Source: a virus
Lineage: Duplodnaviria > Caudoviricetes
DNA length: 64,000 nt
Strand: one strand, 5' to 3'
Virus record (IMG/VR): IMGVR_UViG_3300033068_001704
Coordinates: 64,001 to 128,000 of that record
This document shows positions 47,669 to 57,500 of the stretch, piece by piece. The notes under the pieces are model-generated. The model was not told the DNA's origin. It made no database searches and was given only the letters and a program-made list of their open reading frames with translations. How positions within the stretch are numbered: the first letter of the stretch is position 1; the number at the start of each line of letters is the position of its first letter. The translations under genes were made by a program, and so were the position numbers.

Positions 47669-48379
47669 ATGCCTCGCAAGCCTCGCAAGAAGCCCACCCC
47701 GGCAGGTCTGAGCCCCTTGAAGATCCTCGAAGAGACCTTCCAGCTCGACTACTTCTACGATGACGGTGGGGATCCCGTGGCCATCCCTCACCGGTGGCAC
47801 CGAGGGGCAGAAGATCAGCGCCTGTGTGTCATCGCTGGGGAGAACGCGTGCGGGAAGTCGTTCTTCCGTCGTGTCGTCCAGGCGGTCCACGGCCACCTGA
47901 AAACGGAGCTGATCCACCTCTCCATGGAGGGCCGGAAGAGCCCCATGGCTGCGATGGTCTACGGTGACGAGGGGTGCCGAAGCACGGGCGAGAACAGCAT
48001 CAACACGGTTCTTGGGGCGATGAGCACTGCCAATTCCCGCGACAAGGACACGGCGATCTTCTGGGACGAGCCTGACATCGGGTTGAGCGACTCCTGGTGC
48101 GCTGGGGTTGGGGTTCGCATCCGCGAGTACGCGGAGAGCGCCCCCAAGCACGTTCGAGGGATGTACGTCGTCACCCACAACCGAACTCTGCTGAGGGAGC
48201 TGGCCTCTGTAGATCCTCACTTCGTCTGGCTCGGTGAGGAGTCCCAGGGAGTAGATCGCTCCATCCCCCTCTCGGAATGGGTCGAACTCCCGATCAAGCC
48301 GCGTTACGATCTGGAGGCCCTCAGGGATCTCTCCAGAGCGAGGTACCGCGCCCTCCAGGCGATTCTGAAGCGGGTCTAG
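47669..48379 (+). CDS. Small ABC/AAA-type P-loop ATPase
   Basis: Walker A GENACGKS, signature-like STGE, Walker B IFWDEPDIGL, H-loop VVTHN. Confidence 0.8.
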   Translation: MPRKPRKKPTPAGLSPLKILEETFQLDYFYDDGGDPVAIPHRWHRGAEDQRLCVIAGENACGKSFFRRVVQAVHGHLKTELIHLSMEGRKSPMAAMVYGDEGCRSTGENSINTVLGAMSTANSRDKDTAIFWDEPDIGLSDSWCAGVGVRIREYAESAPKHVRGMYVVTHNRTLLRELASVDPHFVWLGEESQGVDRSIPLSEWVELPIKPRYDLEALRDLSRARYRALQAILKRV

Positions 48380-48385
48380 GCGCCA

Positions 48386-48613
48386 ATGGATGACGGCAAC
48401 TCCGGGAACCTCACCGCGATCACGGATCTGAACAGGATGTCCGCGACGACGCTGATGAGCGTCGGTCGGCGTTGGGGAAAGTCGCTGCTCGTTTCCGCTA
48501 TGGCCGAGTACGAGATTTCTAGGGCGTACCCCCGTCCGGTGGGGAAGAACCGGGCAACGCGCCGGAAAGAAGCTGCCCAGGCCCGGCGCAAACTCCGTCC
48601 TGTGCGTTCGTAG
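48386..48613 (+). CDS. Small basic hypothetical protein
   Basis: Packed ORF. Confidence 0.4.
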   Translation: MDDGNSGNLTAITDLNRMSATTLMSVGRRWGKSLLVSAMAEYEISRAYPRPVGKNRATRRKEAAQARRKLRPVRS

Positions 48614-48807
48614 GGCAAACTTTCGGTATGGATGTTCTATCCGAACCCCCCATTATGTACGACGACCTAAGCTGGATGGAGATCTTCTGCCTAGCAGTTC
48701 TCCTTGGTGTCATGTGGGCCATCTCGGAGATGGAACAGCGAGGAAAGCGGACGAAGTAGTGTTTCGTGGCCGGTAGAGTCGCTCACCCTCAGGGTGGAGA
48801 AGACTGA

Positions 48808-49107
48808 ATGACCGACCAGATGAACACGGGTACGACCGCCGCTGACACGACCGAGAACGCCCTCAAGCTTTCCCCGGAGGAGCTGGGGCAGATGCTCCGC
48901 ATCCATCAGGAGGCTCAGCAGGTCACGGTCCAGATCGGGCAGTCCGAGATCCGCAAGGCCCGACTGCTGTCGGGACTCGGTGAGATCGAGGAGCGCGGCA
49001 TGCGCATGATGGGTGAGATCGGGAAGCGCCTCGGGATTCCGGAAGGCACGCGCTGGCAGGCCGGACCGGATGGCTCGGTGATTATCGAGTCAAGCCCCCA
49101 GAGATAG
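48808..49107 (+). CDS. Hypothetical protein
   Basis: GGAG SD; codon bias. Confidence 0.65.
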   Translation: MTDQMNTGTTAADTTENALKLSPEELGQMLRIHQEAQQVTVQIGQSEIRKARLLSGLGEIEERGMRMMGEIGKRLGIPEGTRWQAGPDGSVIIESSPQR

Positions 49108-49141
49108 ACCCGAGGATCCTCCTCGGGTCTCGTGAGGTGCC

Positions 49142-50530
49142 ATGCCCCCGTGGGTCCCCCAGACGTACCCCCTGCCCCCGCAGAACGTGATGGTCGTGTC
49201 CCCTTTTTTGAGTGGGATGCTGGACATCCGGTGGGATGACCCTTCTCTGCTCGGGGGGAACTCGGCGTACAACGTCCTCGGGGTGAATGTCTACCGGTCC
49301 GATGCTTCGGATCGGGGCCCGTTTCGGAGGCTCAACTCATTCCCGGTGAGTGGGACGTTCTTCCGGGACTTCACGGACGTCTCCCTCGTTTCCCAGGAGG
49401 TCATCCCCTGGGAAACGGGGTGGCAGTCCCGTGGTGATGCCCCGAATGTGCGTCGGTGGACGCTCCGAACCAGGTACGCGATCCACAAGCCGAGGACTCA
49501 GGGGGTCTTCGCGAACTCTCCGGAGGACGTGATCGTCACGATCAACGGGGTCCCGGCGCGGATCGACATGGTTTTCGGGTCCTCGAACGAGATCACTCTC
49601 GGCGATGCTCCGGAGATCGATCCGAGGGACGACAGGTTCGCATTCGCCCCGCTTCCTACAGGTCCGAGTGATGTGGTCGTCGTTACGTACTACACGCTCC
49701 GGAACCTCGTCCATCCGGGCGTGGACAAGAAGTCGTTCTACCGGGTCACGACGGTGGCAGAGGCCGTTTCAGACAACGGTCCCACGCCCCCCGACCTGGT
49801 CGAGACGCCCATGAATGTGACGATTCCTGCGTCCGACATGGCCATCGAGCAGCTCGACTACATCTGGCGCGAGGCGGTCCGTCGAAACCTGTGGATCCTG
49901 GAGCAGGGCGGTGAGCGTGTGAAGCTCTTCGTCCAGAAGGTCTCTGGGATCCGATGTGCGTGCCCCACGGAAATCGACCCGCGGTCCAGGGAGTTCAACA
50001 AGCAGCCCTCGAACCGCTGTCACACCTGTTACGGGACAGGTTTCGTGGGTGGGTACGAGGGCCCTTACGACGTCATCATGGCCCCGGACGACGGGGACAA
50101 GAGGGTCACGCAGACGGCAACCGGGCGGCGGAAGGAACACACCTACGACGTGTGGATGAGCTTCACCCCGATCGTCTCTCAGCGGGACTTCGTCATCAAG
50201 CAGAACAACGATCGCTACTCGATCGGACCTGTTCGGCGCCCGACGAACCGAGGGAACGTGCTCCAGCAGCACTTCCAGATCGGGTACCTCGACTACGGGG
50301 ACATCCGCTACTCGGTTCCGATTGACGGGACGATCGCGTCTCCGAACCTGCCGTGGCCTCAGACCCGGTACACCTACCGCCCTCTCCGGGAGACCTACGA
50401 TGCTCGGACGGACGCTCCCTGGCCTACCGATCCCGATGCGGCTCTGCCGATGGCGACCGACAAGGACAACGTCCCGGGTCCGGTCCAGATTCGCTCGCGC
50501 ACAGGTGCTGGCGAGAACTCGAACTACTGA
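49142..50530 (+). CDS. Probable neck/head-closure protein with Zn-binding insert
   Basis: GERVKLF..K..G.RC.C...CHTCYGTGFVGGY motif; position before the tail genes. Confidence 0.6.
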   Translation: MPPWVPQTYPLPPQNVMVVSPFLSGMLDIRWDDPSLLGGNSAYNVLGVNVYRSDASDRGPFRRLNSFPVSGTFFRDFTDVSLVSQEVIPWETGWQSRGDAPNVRRWTLRTRYAIHKPRTQGVFANSPEDVIVTINGVPARIDMVFGSSNEITLGDAPEIDPRDDRFAFAPLPTGPSDVVVVTYYTLRNLVHPGVDKKSFYRVTTVAEAVSDNGPTPPDLVETPMNVTIPASDMAIEQLDYIWREAVRRNLWILEQGGERVKLFVQKVSGIRCACPTEIDPRSREFNKQPSNRCHTCYGTGFVGGYEGPYDVIMAPDDGDKRVTQTATGRRKEHTYDVWMSFTPIVSQRDFVIKQNNDRYSIGPVRRPTNRGNVLQQHFQIGYLDYGDIRYSVPIDGTIASPNLPWPQTRYTYRPLRETYDARTDAPWPTDPDAALPMATDKDNVPGPVQIRSRTGAGENSNY

Positions 50531-50537
50531 GGTCTAG

Positions 50538-51038
50538 GTGAAGCAGACCCTGAAGCGTCGGTACGTATCCCCGCTGGTGAAGCGAACTCAGGTTCAGCTT
50601 GACCGGAGGGATCTCCAATTCTTCGGCCGGTGCCTCATCAAGTTCGTACGGGAGGAAGCCGAGAAGGACGCCGCGAAGATGGGCCAGCTCCCGACGGCCC
50701 CTGAGTTCTACAAGTCGTTCTCCTTTCGAGTGAAGGGGAATGGGATCGAAGTCATGTCGAGCTGGCCGTGGATCCGCGTATACACGGAGGGCACGAACGG
50801 TCCGTTCCGCATGAAGTGGCTGACCCGCCAAGAGGGGGTCAACGTCGTTCCTCTACGTGGGAAGTTCGGGGAGGTCGTCTTCCGGACGGCCCCGCTCACC
50901 ACAGACAAGGCGTGGATCCATCCCGGGATCGCTCGGCACACCTTCATTCAGCGTGCGTTCAAGCGCGCTCAGAAGTCCTGTGTGGAGCGGTTCCTCCTCA
51001 AGAACCTCGGACAGATCTTGGATGGTGCGCTCGGATGA
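50538..51038 (+). CDS. Probable neck/tail-completion protein (HK97 gp10-like)
   Basis: Y.EGT...W.HPG...F.QRA pattern. Confidence 0.5.
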   Translation: MKQTLKRRYVSPLVKRTQVQLDRRDLQFFGRCLIKFVREEAEKDAAKMGQLPTAPEFYKSFSFRVKGNGIEVMSSWPWIRVYTEGTNGPFRMKWLTRQEGVNVVPLRGKFGEVVFRTAPLTTDKAWIHPGIARHTFIQRAFKRAQKSCVERFLLKNLGQILDGALG

Positions 51039-51673
51039 AAGAGGTAGAGATCGTTTGCCTGGGAGATTCGGCCCACATTCCGGACCTCGGGCTGAAGTTG
51101 AGGCGAGGGGCGAAGGTCGCGGCCACGCTCACGATGGTGAGTGGGTCTCGTGATCTTGCCGAGCTGAAGCGTCTCGGGGTGGTGGCGGTGACAGAGTTGA
51201 AGGCTCAGGCGATCCGTCGGGACGCCCCGGTCGCTCAAATCCCTTCCCCCAAGAACCCCCCGCCCCCCCTCCCTGCTACGCGGCCGATGGCTCCGACCGT
51301 CCCGGATGAAACGGCCCATCTTCTGAGGGGGATCTTGGAGGAGATCAAGGGTCTGCGAGCAGACCTCAAGGCGCGACCTGTTCAGGAGGCACGTCCGGAG
51401 ATCGACCTCGGGCCCATGGTCTCGGCAATCCAGAGTGCCCTCAACCGTCCCGGGGTGGACTCGGGGCGACGGGTGGAGACCCGCCACGAAGTTGAGGCAG
51501 GTGACCTGAGCCGGGAGGAGCGGTTCATCCCGAGCGGTATCGTCTCAGGAAACCTCAAATCTGAGATCGCAACTCAAGATTCTTCTTCGGAGAACTCGGG
51601 CCTCGATGAGGCTGAGGCGCTTCTGAAGCAGGTTCGACGAGGTGCGAAAGATGCGAAGAAGAAGGCCGGGTAA
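51035..51673 (+). CDS. Hypothetical protein, Pro-rich linker
   Basis: ATGA overlap; directly upstream of the actin gene. Confidence 0.65.
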   Translation: MKEVEIVCLGDSAHIPDLGLKLRRGAKVAATLTMVSGSRDLAELKRLGVVAVTELKAQAIRRDAPVAQIPSPKNPPPPLPATRPMAPTVPDETAHLLRGILEEIKGLRADLKARPVQEARPEIDLGPMVSAIQSALNRPGVDSGRRVETRHEVEAGDLSREERFIPSGIVSGNLKSEIATQDSSSENSGLDEAEALLKQVRRGAKDAKKKAG

Positions 51674-51680
51674 CCTCGAC

Positions 51681-52715
51681 ATGGCGAAGAGCGACAGCAC
51701 CGACGAGAAGCGCACCGACGAGAAGATGGGTGTGGGACTCGACGTTGGGACGATGAATCTGGTGTCGGCACGCCGCACCCCGAAGGGTGTCGAGACGCGT
51801 CGGATGCGGGATGCGTTCCTTGATCTTCCCCCCGAGTCGAAGAAGATGCTGAAGCTCTCGGGCGTCAGCTACATCGATCGGGGGGATGAGATCCTCATCC
51901 TCGGAGACGCGGCTCTCGACACCGCGAACATCTTCGGTCGCGAGGCACGCCGACCGCTCTCGGGTGGTCTCGTCTCCTCGTCCGAGGTGGATTCGTTGGA
52001 GGTGCTGGGCCTCCTCATCCGCAACGTGCTCGGGGAGCCCAAGGAGAAGGGGGAGCACTGCTACTTCTCGGTGCCGGCAGCCCCGATCGATCTCGTGGGT
52101 CGGGACGTGGTCTACCACCGAGGTATCTTCGAGCGCATCGTGTCGGAGTGCGGGTACACCCCGACTTCCAGCAACGAGGCGATGGCGATCATCTACTCGG
52201 AGGCGGCGAAGGACAACTTCTCCGGCATCGCGATCTCGTTCGGTTCGGGCATGAGCAACGTCGCGCTCGCCGTGAACACGATCGAGGGCCTGACGTTCTC
52301 GGTCGGCCGTGGGGGTGACTGGATCGACTCAGGGGCGGCGAAGTCCCTCGGGTCCACTCAGGCACGCATCTGCTCGATCAAGGAGAAGGGCATCGACCTG
52401 AACGCCCCGGTGGGTCGTGACCAGGAGGCGCTCGCCTTCTACTACAAGAACCTCATCGAGTACGTGCTCGACCAGATCGCGGCGCAGTTCAAGTCCATCG
52501 AGGGCAAGTTCGCTCTGCCCAAGGCCATCCCGATCATCATCTCGGGTGGCACCTCGAAGGCGGGTGGGTTCACCGAGTTCTTCACCTCGGTCTTCGAGAA
52601 GAAGCGGAAGAAGTTCCCGATCGACGTGAGTGAGATCCGCGCAGCCAGCGACCCGCTCAACGCAGTGGCGAACGGACTGCTCGTTCAGGCGCTTCAGGAG
52701 TACACCGACGACTGA
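51681..52715 (+). CDS. Actin-like ATPase (MreB/MamK-like superfamily)
   Basis: Phosphate-1 VGLDVGT, connect NEAMA, phosphate-2 ISFGSGM, adenosine IISGGTS, terminal AVANG. Confidence 0.85.
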   Translation: MAKSDSTDEKRTDEKMGVGLDVGTMNLVSARRTPKGVETRRMRDAFLDLPPESKKMLKLSGVSYIDRGDEILILGDAALDTANIFGREARRPLSGGLVSSSEVDSLEVLGLLIRNVLGEPKEKGEHCYFSVPAAPIDLVGRDVVYHRGIFERIVSECGYTPTSSNEAMAIIYSEAAKDNFSGIAISFGSGMSNVALAVNTIEGLTFSVGRGGDWIDSGAAKSLGSTQARICSIKEKGIDLNAPVGRDQEALAFYYKNLIEYVLDQIAAQFKSIEGKFALPKAIPIIISGGTSKAGGFTEFFTSVFEKKRKKFPIDVSEIRAASDPLNAVANGLLVQALQEYTDD

Positions 52716-52765
52716 TGGGTGGGAGGTCTAGGCCTCCTGATCCACCTATCGATTCTCAGGTTGAG

Positions 52766-53887
52766 ATGTACTTCTTTCTGACGAGCGCGGTAAAAAACCG
52801 CTTCATCCTGGAGCTTCGCAAGTTCTGGTCGCTGAATCCTCGGTACCAGGACTTGATTGACAACATCCAGGGGAAGTACGGCTTCTCAGAGAGACCTCAG
52901 TACGGGATCATCGTCAAGGCGGGGTCGGCGTCCCGGGTCCAGTTCTCGGCCGACAATTTCCTGGGGACTGGCTTCAGCTACGCAGCTTTGGCCAAGATCC
53001 CGGGATCCCCTGGTTTGTCGGTCGAATGGGTCCGAGAGGACTCTATCGCCATCCGGAACAACGGTGGGTTCCCGTCCCCTGCGGGCGTGTACTACTGCGA
53101 GATGACGGCGGAAGACGAATTCCACGTTGACCCGCTGCTCGACGTCCACGACGAGAGGCTCACGCTCACCACCAGCACCGAGGGCACGCTCCAGCAGGTT
53201 CCTGTTGGTGGGAGCCTCCGACTGTTCGAGATCCCGAGCGGCCGTCTCCTGAGGCCTGAGACCGACTACACCGTGGGGTCTGACGGGGTGACGATCCACC
53301 TCGCCGCAGACGTGCTGCCTGGAACGTCGATTTCGGCGGACTATCGGTACGCCGGGGAGACAACGGGACCTTGGAAGGTCCTCCCGCAGTCTGGACTCAA
53401 CAAGCCCATCCCTGGTGTGGTGATGGTGTTCGGTCGTAGGTACCGCCTGGGGGACAAATGGGCGGTCATCATCAACCCGACGCGTGAGCCGGCCTACCTC
53501 CTCTACGGAGGAAAGTGGGAGCTTGGTCTCGATCTCGACATCATTTCGAGAGACCCTGAGGCACAGATGGAGATTGCCGATCAGACGGCGATGTACCTGT
53601 GGGCGAGCCTCCGTTCGAGTCTCGTGGACGAGGGGATCGACATCCAGGACGTGTCGATGACCGGTGAGTCGGAAGAGATCTACGACGAGACCGGAGACGA
53701 TTACTACTACAACGCCTCCCTCTCCATGACGGTCCAGACCGACTGGTTCCTCGCGACCCCGATTCTTCCGCGTCTCCTGGCGTACCAGGAGACGATCAAG
53801 AACCTGAGCGACGCGTCGTCCTTGGCCCCCTTCCAGGACCCTTACTTCAGCGCCGGCAAACTCACCTCTTTCGAGATGGTGAAGTGA
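52766..53887 (+). CDS. Probable tail terminator/sheath-associated protein
   Basis: Position before the sheath; LDLDIISRD..AQMEIAD...SLSMTVQTDW pattern. Confidence 0.5.
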   Translation: MYFFLTSAVKNRFILELRKFWSLNPRYQDLIDNIQGKYGFSERPQYGIIVKAGSASRVQFSADNFLGTGFSYAALAKIPGSPGLSVEWVREDSIAIRNNGGFPSPAGVYYCEMTAEDEFHVDPLLDVHDERLTLTTSTEGTLQQVPVGGSLRLFEIPSGRLLRPETDYTVGSDGVTIHLAADVLPGTSISADYRYAGETTGPWKVLPQSGLNKPIPGVVMVFGRRYRLGDKWAVIINPTREPAYLLYGGKWELGLDLDIISRDPEAQMEIADQTAMYLWASLRSSLVDEGIDIQDVSMTGESEEIYDETGDDYYYNASLSMTVQTDWFLATPILPRLLAYQETIKNLSDASSLAPFQDPYFSAGKLTSFEMVK

Positions 53888-53966
53888 CCGAGCCCTACGA
53901 AGCCGAATAGCGAACAGGGTTGATCGCTAGACCCTCTATATGACCGGGCTAGGGGCAGAGGCTCCT

Positions 53967-54437
53967 ATTCCGGTCTTTCGCTACCAGTGCTCGTCATGCG
54001 GGCTGAACTTCTCGGCTCGGGTCGCTTCGGCCACGAGTTCGGTGAAGTGCGGCTGTGGTGAAACGGTGGAGAGAGATCTCCCCCGTTCATTCTCCGTGAG
54101 CACCAAGGTGGCTGGAGACGGGATCTCGGCTCCCGCCACGGGGCTGTCGGGGCACGACTACGAGATTGACCGGATTGTTGGATCTGATGCCCAGACGAAG
54201 TGGGATCAGATCGCCGCCCGCCAGAAGGACAAGGTTCGGATGATCGAAGAGAGCGGAGCCACTGGCTTCGATCTCTCTCGGAATCCGGATGGTTCCTACC
54301 GAGTGATGAAGCCTGAGGAACGGGCTGCATCCGAACGGTCCCGCAACTTCCACTTCAAGATGCAAGACCGTCTTGAACAGGTAGTTCCGGCAGAGGTCCT
54401 CTACGGGCCCCGCAAAACTCCGCAGAAACAGGCCTAA
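53967..54437 (+). CDS. FmdB-like zinc ribbon protein (possible ATT start)
   Basis: (I)PVFRYQCSSC...CGC aligns with MPTYDYEC of 16822. Confidence 0.65.
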   Translation: MPVFRYQCSSCGLNFSARVASATSSVKCGCGETVERDLPRSFSVSTKVAGDGISAPATGLSGHDYEIDRIVGSDAQTKWDQIAARQKDKVRMIEESGATGFDLSRNPDGSYRVMKPEERAASERSRNFHFKMQDRLEQVVPAEVLYGPRKTPQKQA

Positions 54438-54579
54438 CAACCTGTTTCTCTCCCGGCTCGCCTAGGGCGAACCGTGGTCAAGACCGACAGACATACGCAC
54501 GCATCTCCCGCGCTTTTCGTTTCCTCTCCGATAGCTCGGAGAGGTTTGGAATTACCCCGTTCTCAGGAGCGCGCGAAAC

Positions 54580-57500
54580 ATGCCGAGTCTTCTCCGTGGA
54601 GGGTACGCCCCGCCGGGCGTCTACACCCAGACCTCTTTCGGCGTCCCGCCGTCCCCGACGCCGGTACCGCCCCGTATTCCCGTGTTCGTTGGCACGGGTG
54701 TCGAGATCCTCTCTCGATCGAACCTCCCGCTCGTTCGAGGTTCTTCCTCGACCATCGACCAGCAGGTCGTGGATGAAGACGAGGCGGGTCGCGCCGTCGT
54801 GAGTGTGTCCGGCAGTGGGCTGGTGACGCTCGGCGAGTTCGAGGGCACCCTCACTCGCTTCCAGGTCCGCAACTTCCCGATCGTCTCGGGGGCGGGCACT
54901 GGCACGGTCGCAACCGACGCCAGCGCGGTCTCGGTTCGCATCAACGGCCTCCCGGTCGTCGTGCTCGGTCTCGATGCCACCAAGGGCATCGTCGAGATCG
55001 CTCAGGCACCGTCGGCGAGCGACGTCGTGCGATGCACGTACTTCTTCGACCGCACCGACACCATCGCCACCGACGACCTGTCTGATCAGGTCACGGCAGA
55101 GGCAGCGGTCCTCAACGGCCTCGCGGGTCAGAGCTTCTCGTTCACCGCGGGTGTGAACGACGTGTTCCGCATCGCGGTGGACGGCCTCGCAGAGGTCGCG
55201 ATCGTTCTCCCCTCGTCCTCCCCTACGGTCTCGGCTGCGATCGTCGCGGCGACGCTGAGTGGAGCGGCGGGCATCGGGTCGCTCGTCGCCTCGACGTACG
55301 TGAACAACCTCGGGCTGGTGTGCCTTCGCCTGACTGCCGACAAGTCGATCCGCATCGGCACCGGCACGGCGAACACGACCCTCGGGTTCGTGCCGAACGC
55401 GCAGACCTCGCGCAACCGCGTGTTCTACACGTTCAACGGTCCGATCGTGGACGGATCGGGGGGTGGTGTCACGACCACCAACCCGTCGGATGTCGTCGTC
55501 CTCGTGGACAACGTCCAGGTCATCCCGACCTCGGTCAACGGGTCGAACCGGTCGGTGACGCTCCCCTACGCCCCGGCGATGGGCTCGAAGGTCACGGTCC
55601 GCTACTCCCACAACTCGTGGCAGGACACGTTCGACTACCTCGCGAACATCGGCGTGACGCGCATCACGCGCACCGCGCTCACTCCCGAGGGCTCGACGGC
55701 CGGCACGTTCATCCAGGGCGTCTCGTACGTCCTGAAGGACGACGCGATCGTCTGGGGAACGTCGGCGCTCGTCTCGGCCGGCACCCACACCGAGGGCGGG
55801 GAGATCTTCGGGACTTCCCAGATCTCGGCGATGCTGGTGGACAACCAGGCCTTCCTCGCGCCGTGCTCCAGCACGACTGACACCAGTGGCTCGGTCTCGA
55901 TCGAGAGCCGGACGGTCTTCCAGCTCCCGTTCCAGCCGACGACCGGCAACGGCCGTGGCAACCCGCTCGGGTCGGACTACCTGACGATCTCGAACGGTCG
56001 GATGGACCTTCCGACCACCCGCCCGGACCTGATCACGGCGTACTGGGGCTTCGGCGTCCAGGATGCACTCACCCGCGGCCCGGTGACGGTCCTCAAGGTG
56101 GACAGCGACACGTCGCGGATCACGCTCGCATCGAGCGTTCCGGATGGCGCCGAGGTCTTCGCGACCTTCTACTACAACACGCTCGTCGATCAGGCGAACG
56201 TCGGGTCCAGCTCGGGCTACGAGATCTCCTCGCTGCTCGCTGGCCCCGGTGGCATGGGCACCTTCCAGATCGCGGACGGCGAGGGCAACTCGCTCTACGG
56301 GGTCTCGCTCACCGGCAAGGGCTCGGACCTCGCGACGGTGGACGTGGTCTTCCCGAGCGGTTCGGAGTTCTTCCCCGACGCGCGCATCGAGGGCGGTGAG
56401 GCGGTCGAGGAGACCGTCACGGTCGAGTTCGCAACGTCGGATGCGACCCCCGCGCGGTTCGTGAACCTCGGGCCGGCTCCGTACTACACGATCGACAACA
56501 CGTCGGACCGCCTCCGGGTGACGTTCGATGCGTCGGCTTCGCAGACCGGCGTCGCAGGTGGTGTCGATCTCTCGTCCCCGACGGGTGCGACGCGCGCAGG
56601 TGCCTTCGCTCACCTTCTCGGTGAAGAGATCGCGTACGAGGCGGACTCGGGCCAGACGACGTTCGACCTCACCTCGGGTGTGGACGACACCGTCAACTTC
56701 GTGGTGGACGGCGTGCCGCTCTCGGCTTCGACCGGCACCGTGTCCAGCGCAACGGCCGCGACCTTCGTCGCAGCGATCAACGCAGAGGCGATGGAAGCGG
56801 GCAACGAGCCCCGCTACGACGCGGCGGGTGTCTTCACCGGCATCACCATCGCGGTGAACGAGTACGACCAGCTCACGATGCACTACACCGGTTCGACCGG
56901 GGGTGCCTCGGGCAACCAGGCGATCACGATCGCTCCGGGAACCTACGCCTCGGTCGGTTCGCTCGTCACGCAGATCAACACGCAGCTCTCGACGATCAAC
57001 GGCCCGGTCGGTGGTCTCGGCGGTGAAGTGACCTGCTCGGCGCTCTCGTCGGGTCGGCTGCGCTTCTCGCTCATGACGGAGCGCGCAAGCAGCGTCCTGA
57101 CCTTCGTGTCGAACCCGCTCAACGCCACGACGGCCACGATCGGTGGGAAGGTCTACACCTTCCAGACCGTGCTGACCGACGTGGACGGCAACGTCCTGAT
57201 CGGGGCGGCGGCAACCAACACGCTCGACAACCTGATCGCGGCGATCACGCTCGGCGCCGGTGCTGGCACCACCTACGCGACATCGACGACCCTTCACCCC
57301 ACCGTCACGGCGGCAGCGGGTGCGGGCGACACGATGCGGGCAACCGCGAAGTCCGCCGGGACGGCAGGCAACGCCATCACCACCACGACGACCGTGGCGG
57401 GTGCAACCTGGACGGGCGCGACGCTCGCCGGGGCGGACGAGGCCGGCTACCTGGAGTTCATCACGAACGCCAGCGCGGCCCGTGACTTCGCCATCCTCGC

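Noticed and set aside
48628-48759. 43-aa single-TM ORF as a possible holin
   Set aside because: Too short, and there is no adjacent lysis gene to support a call
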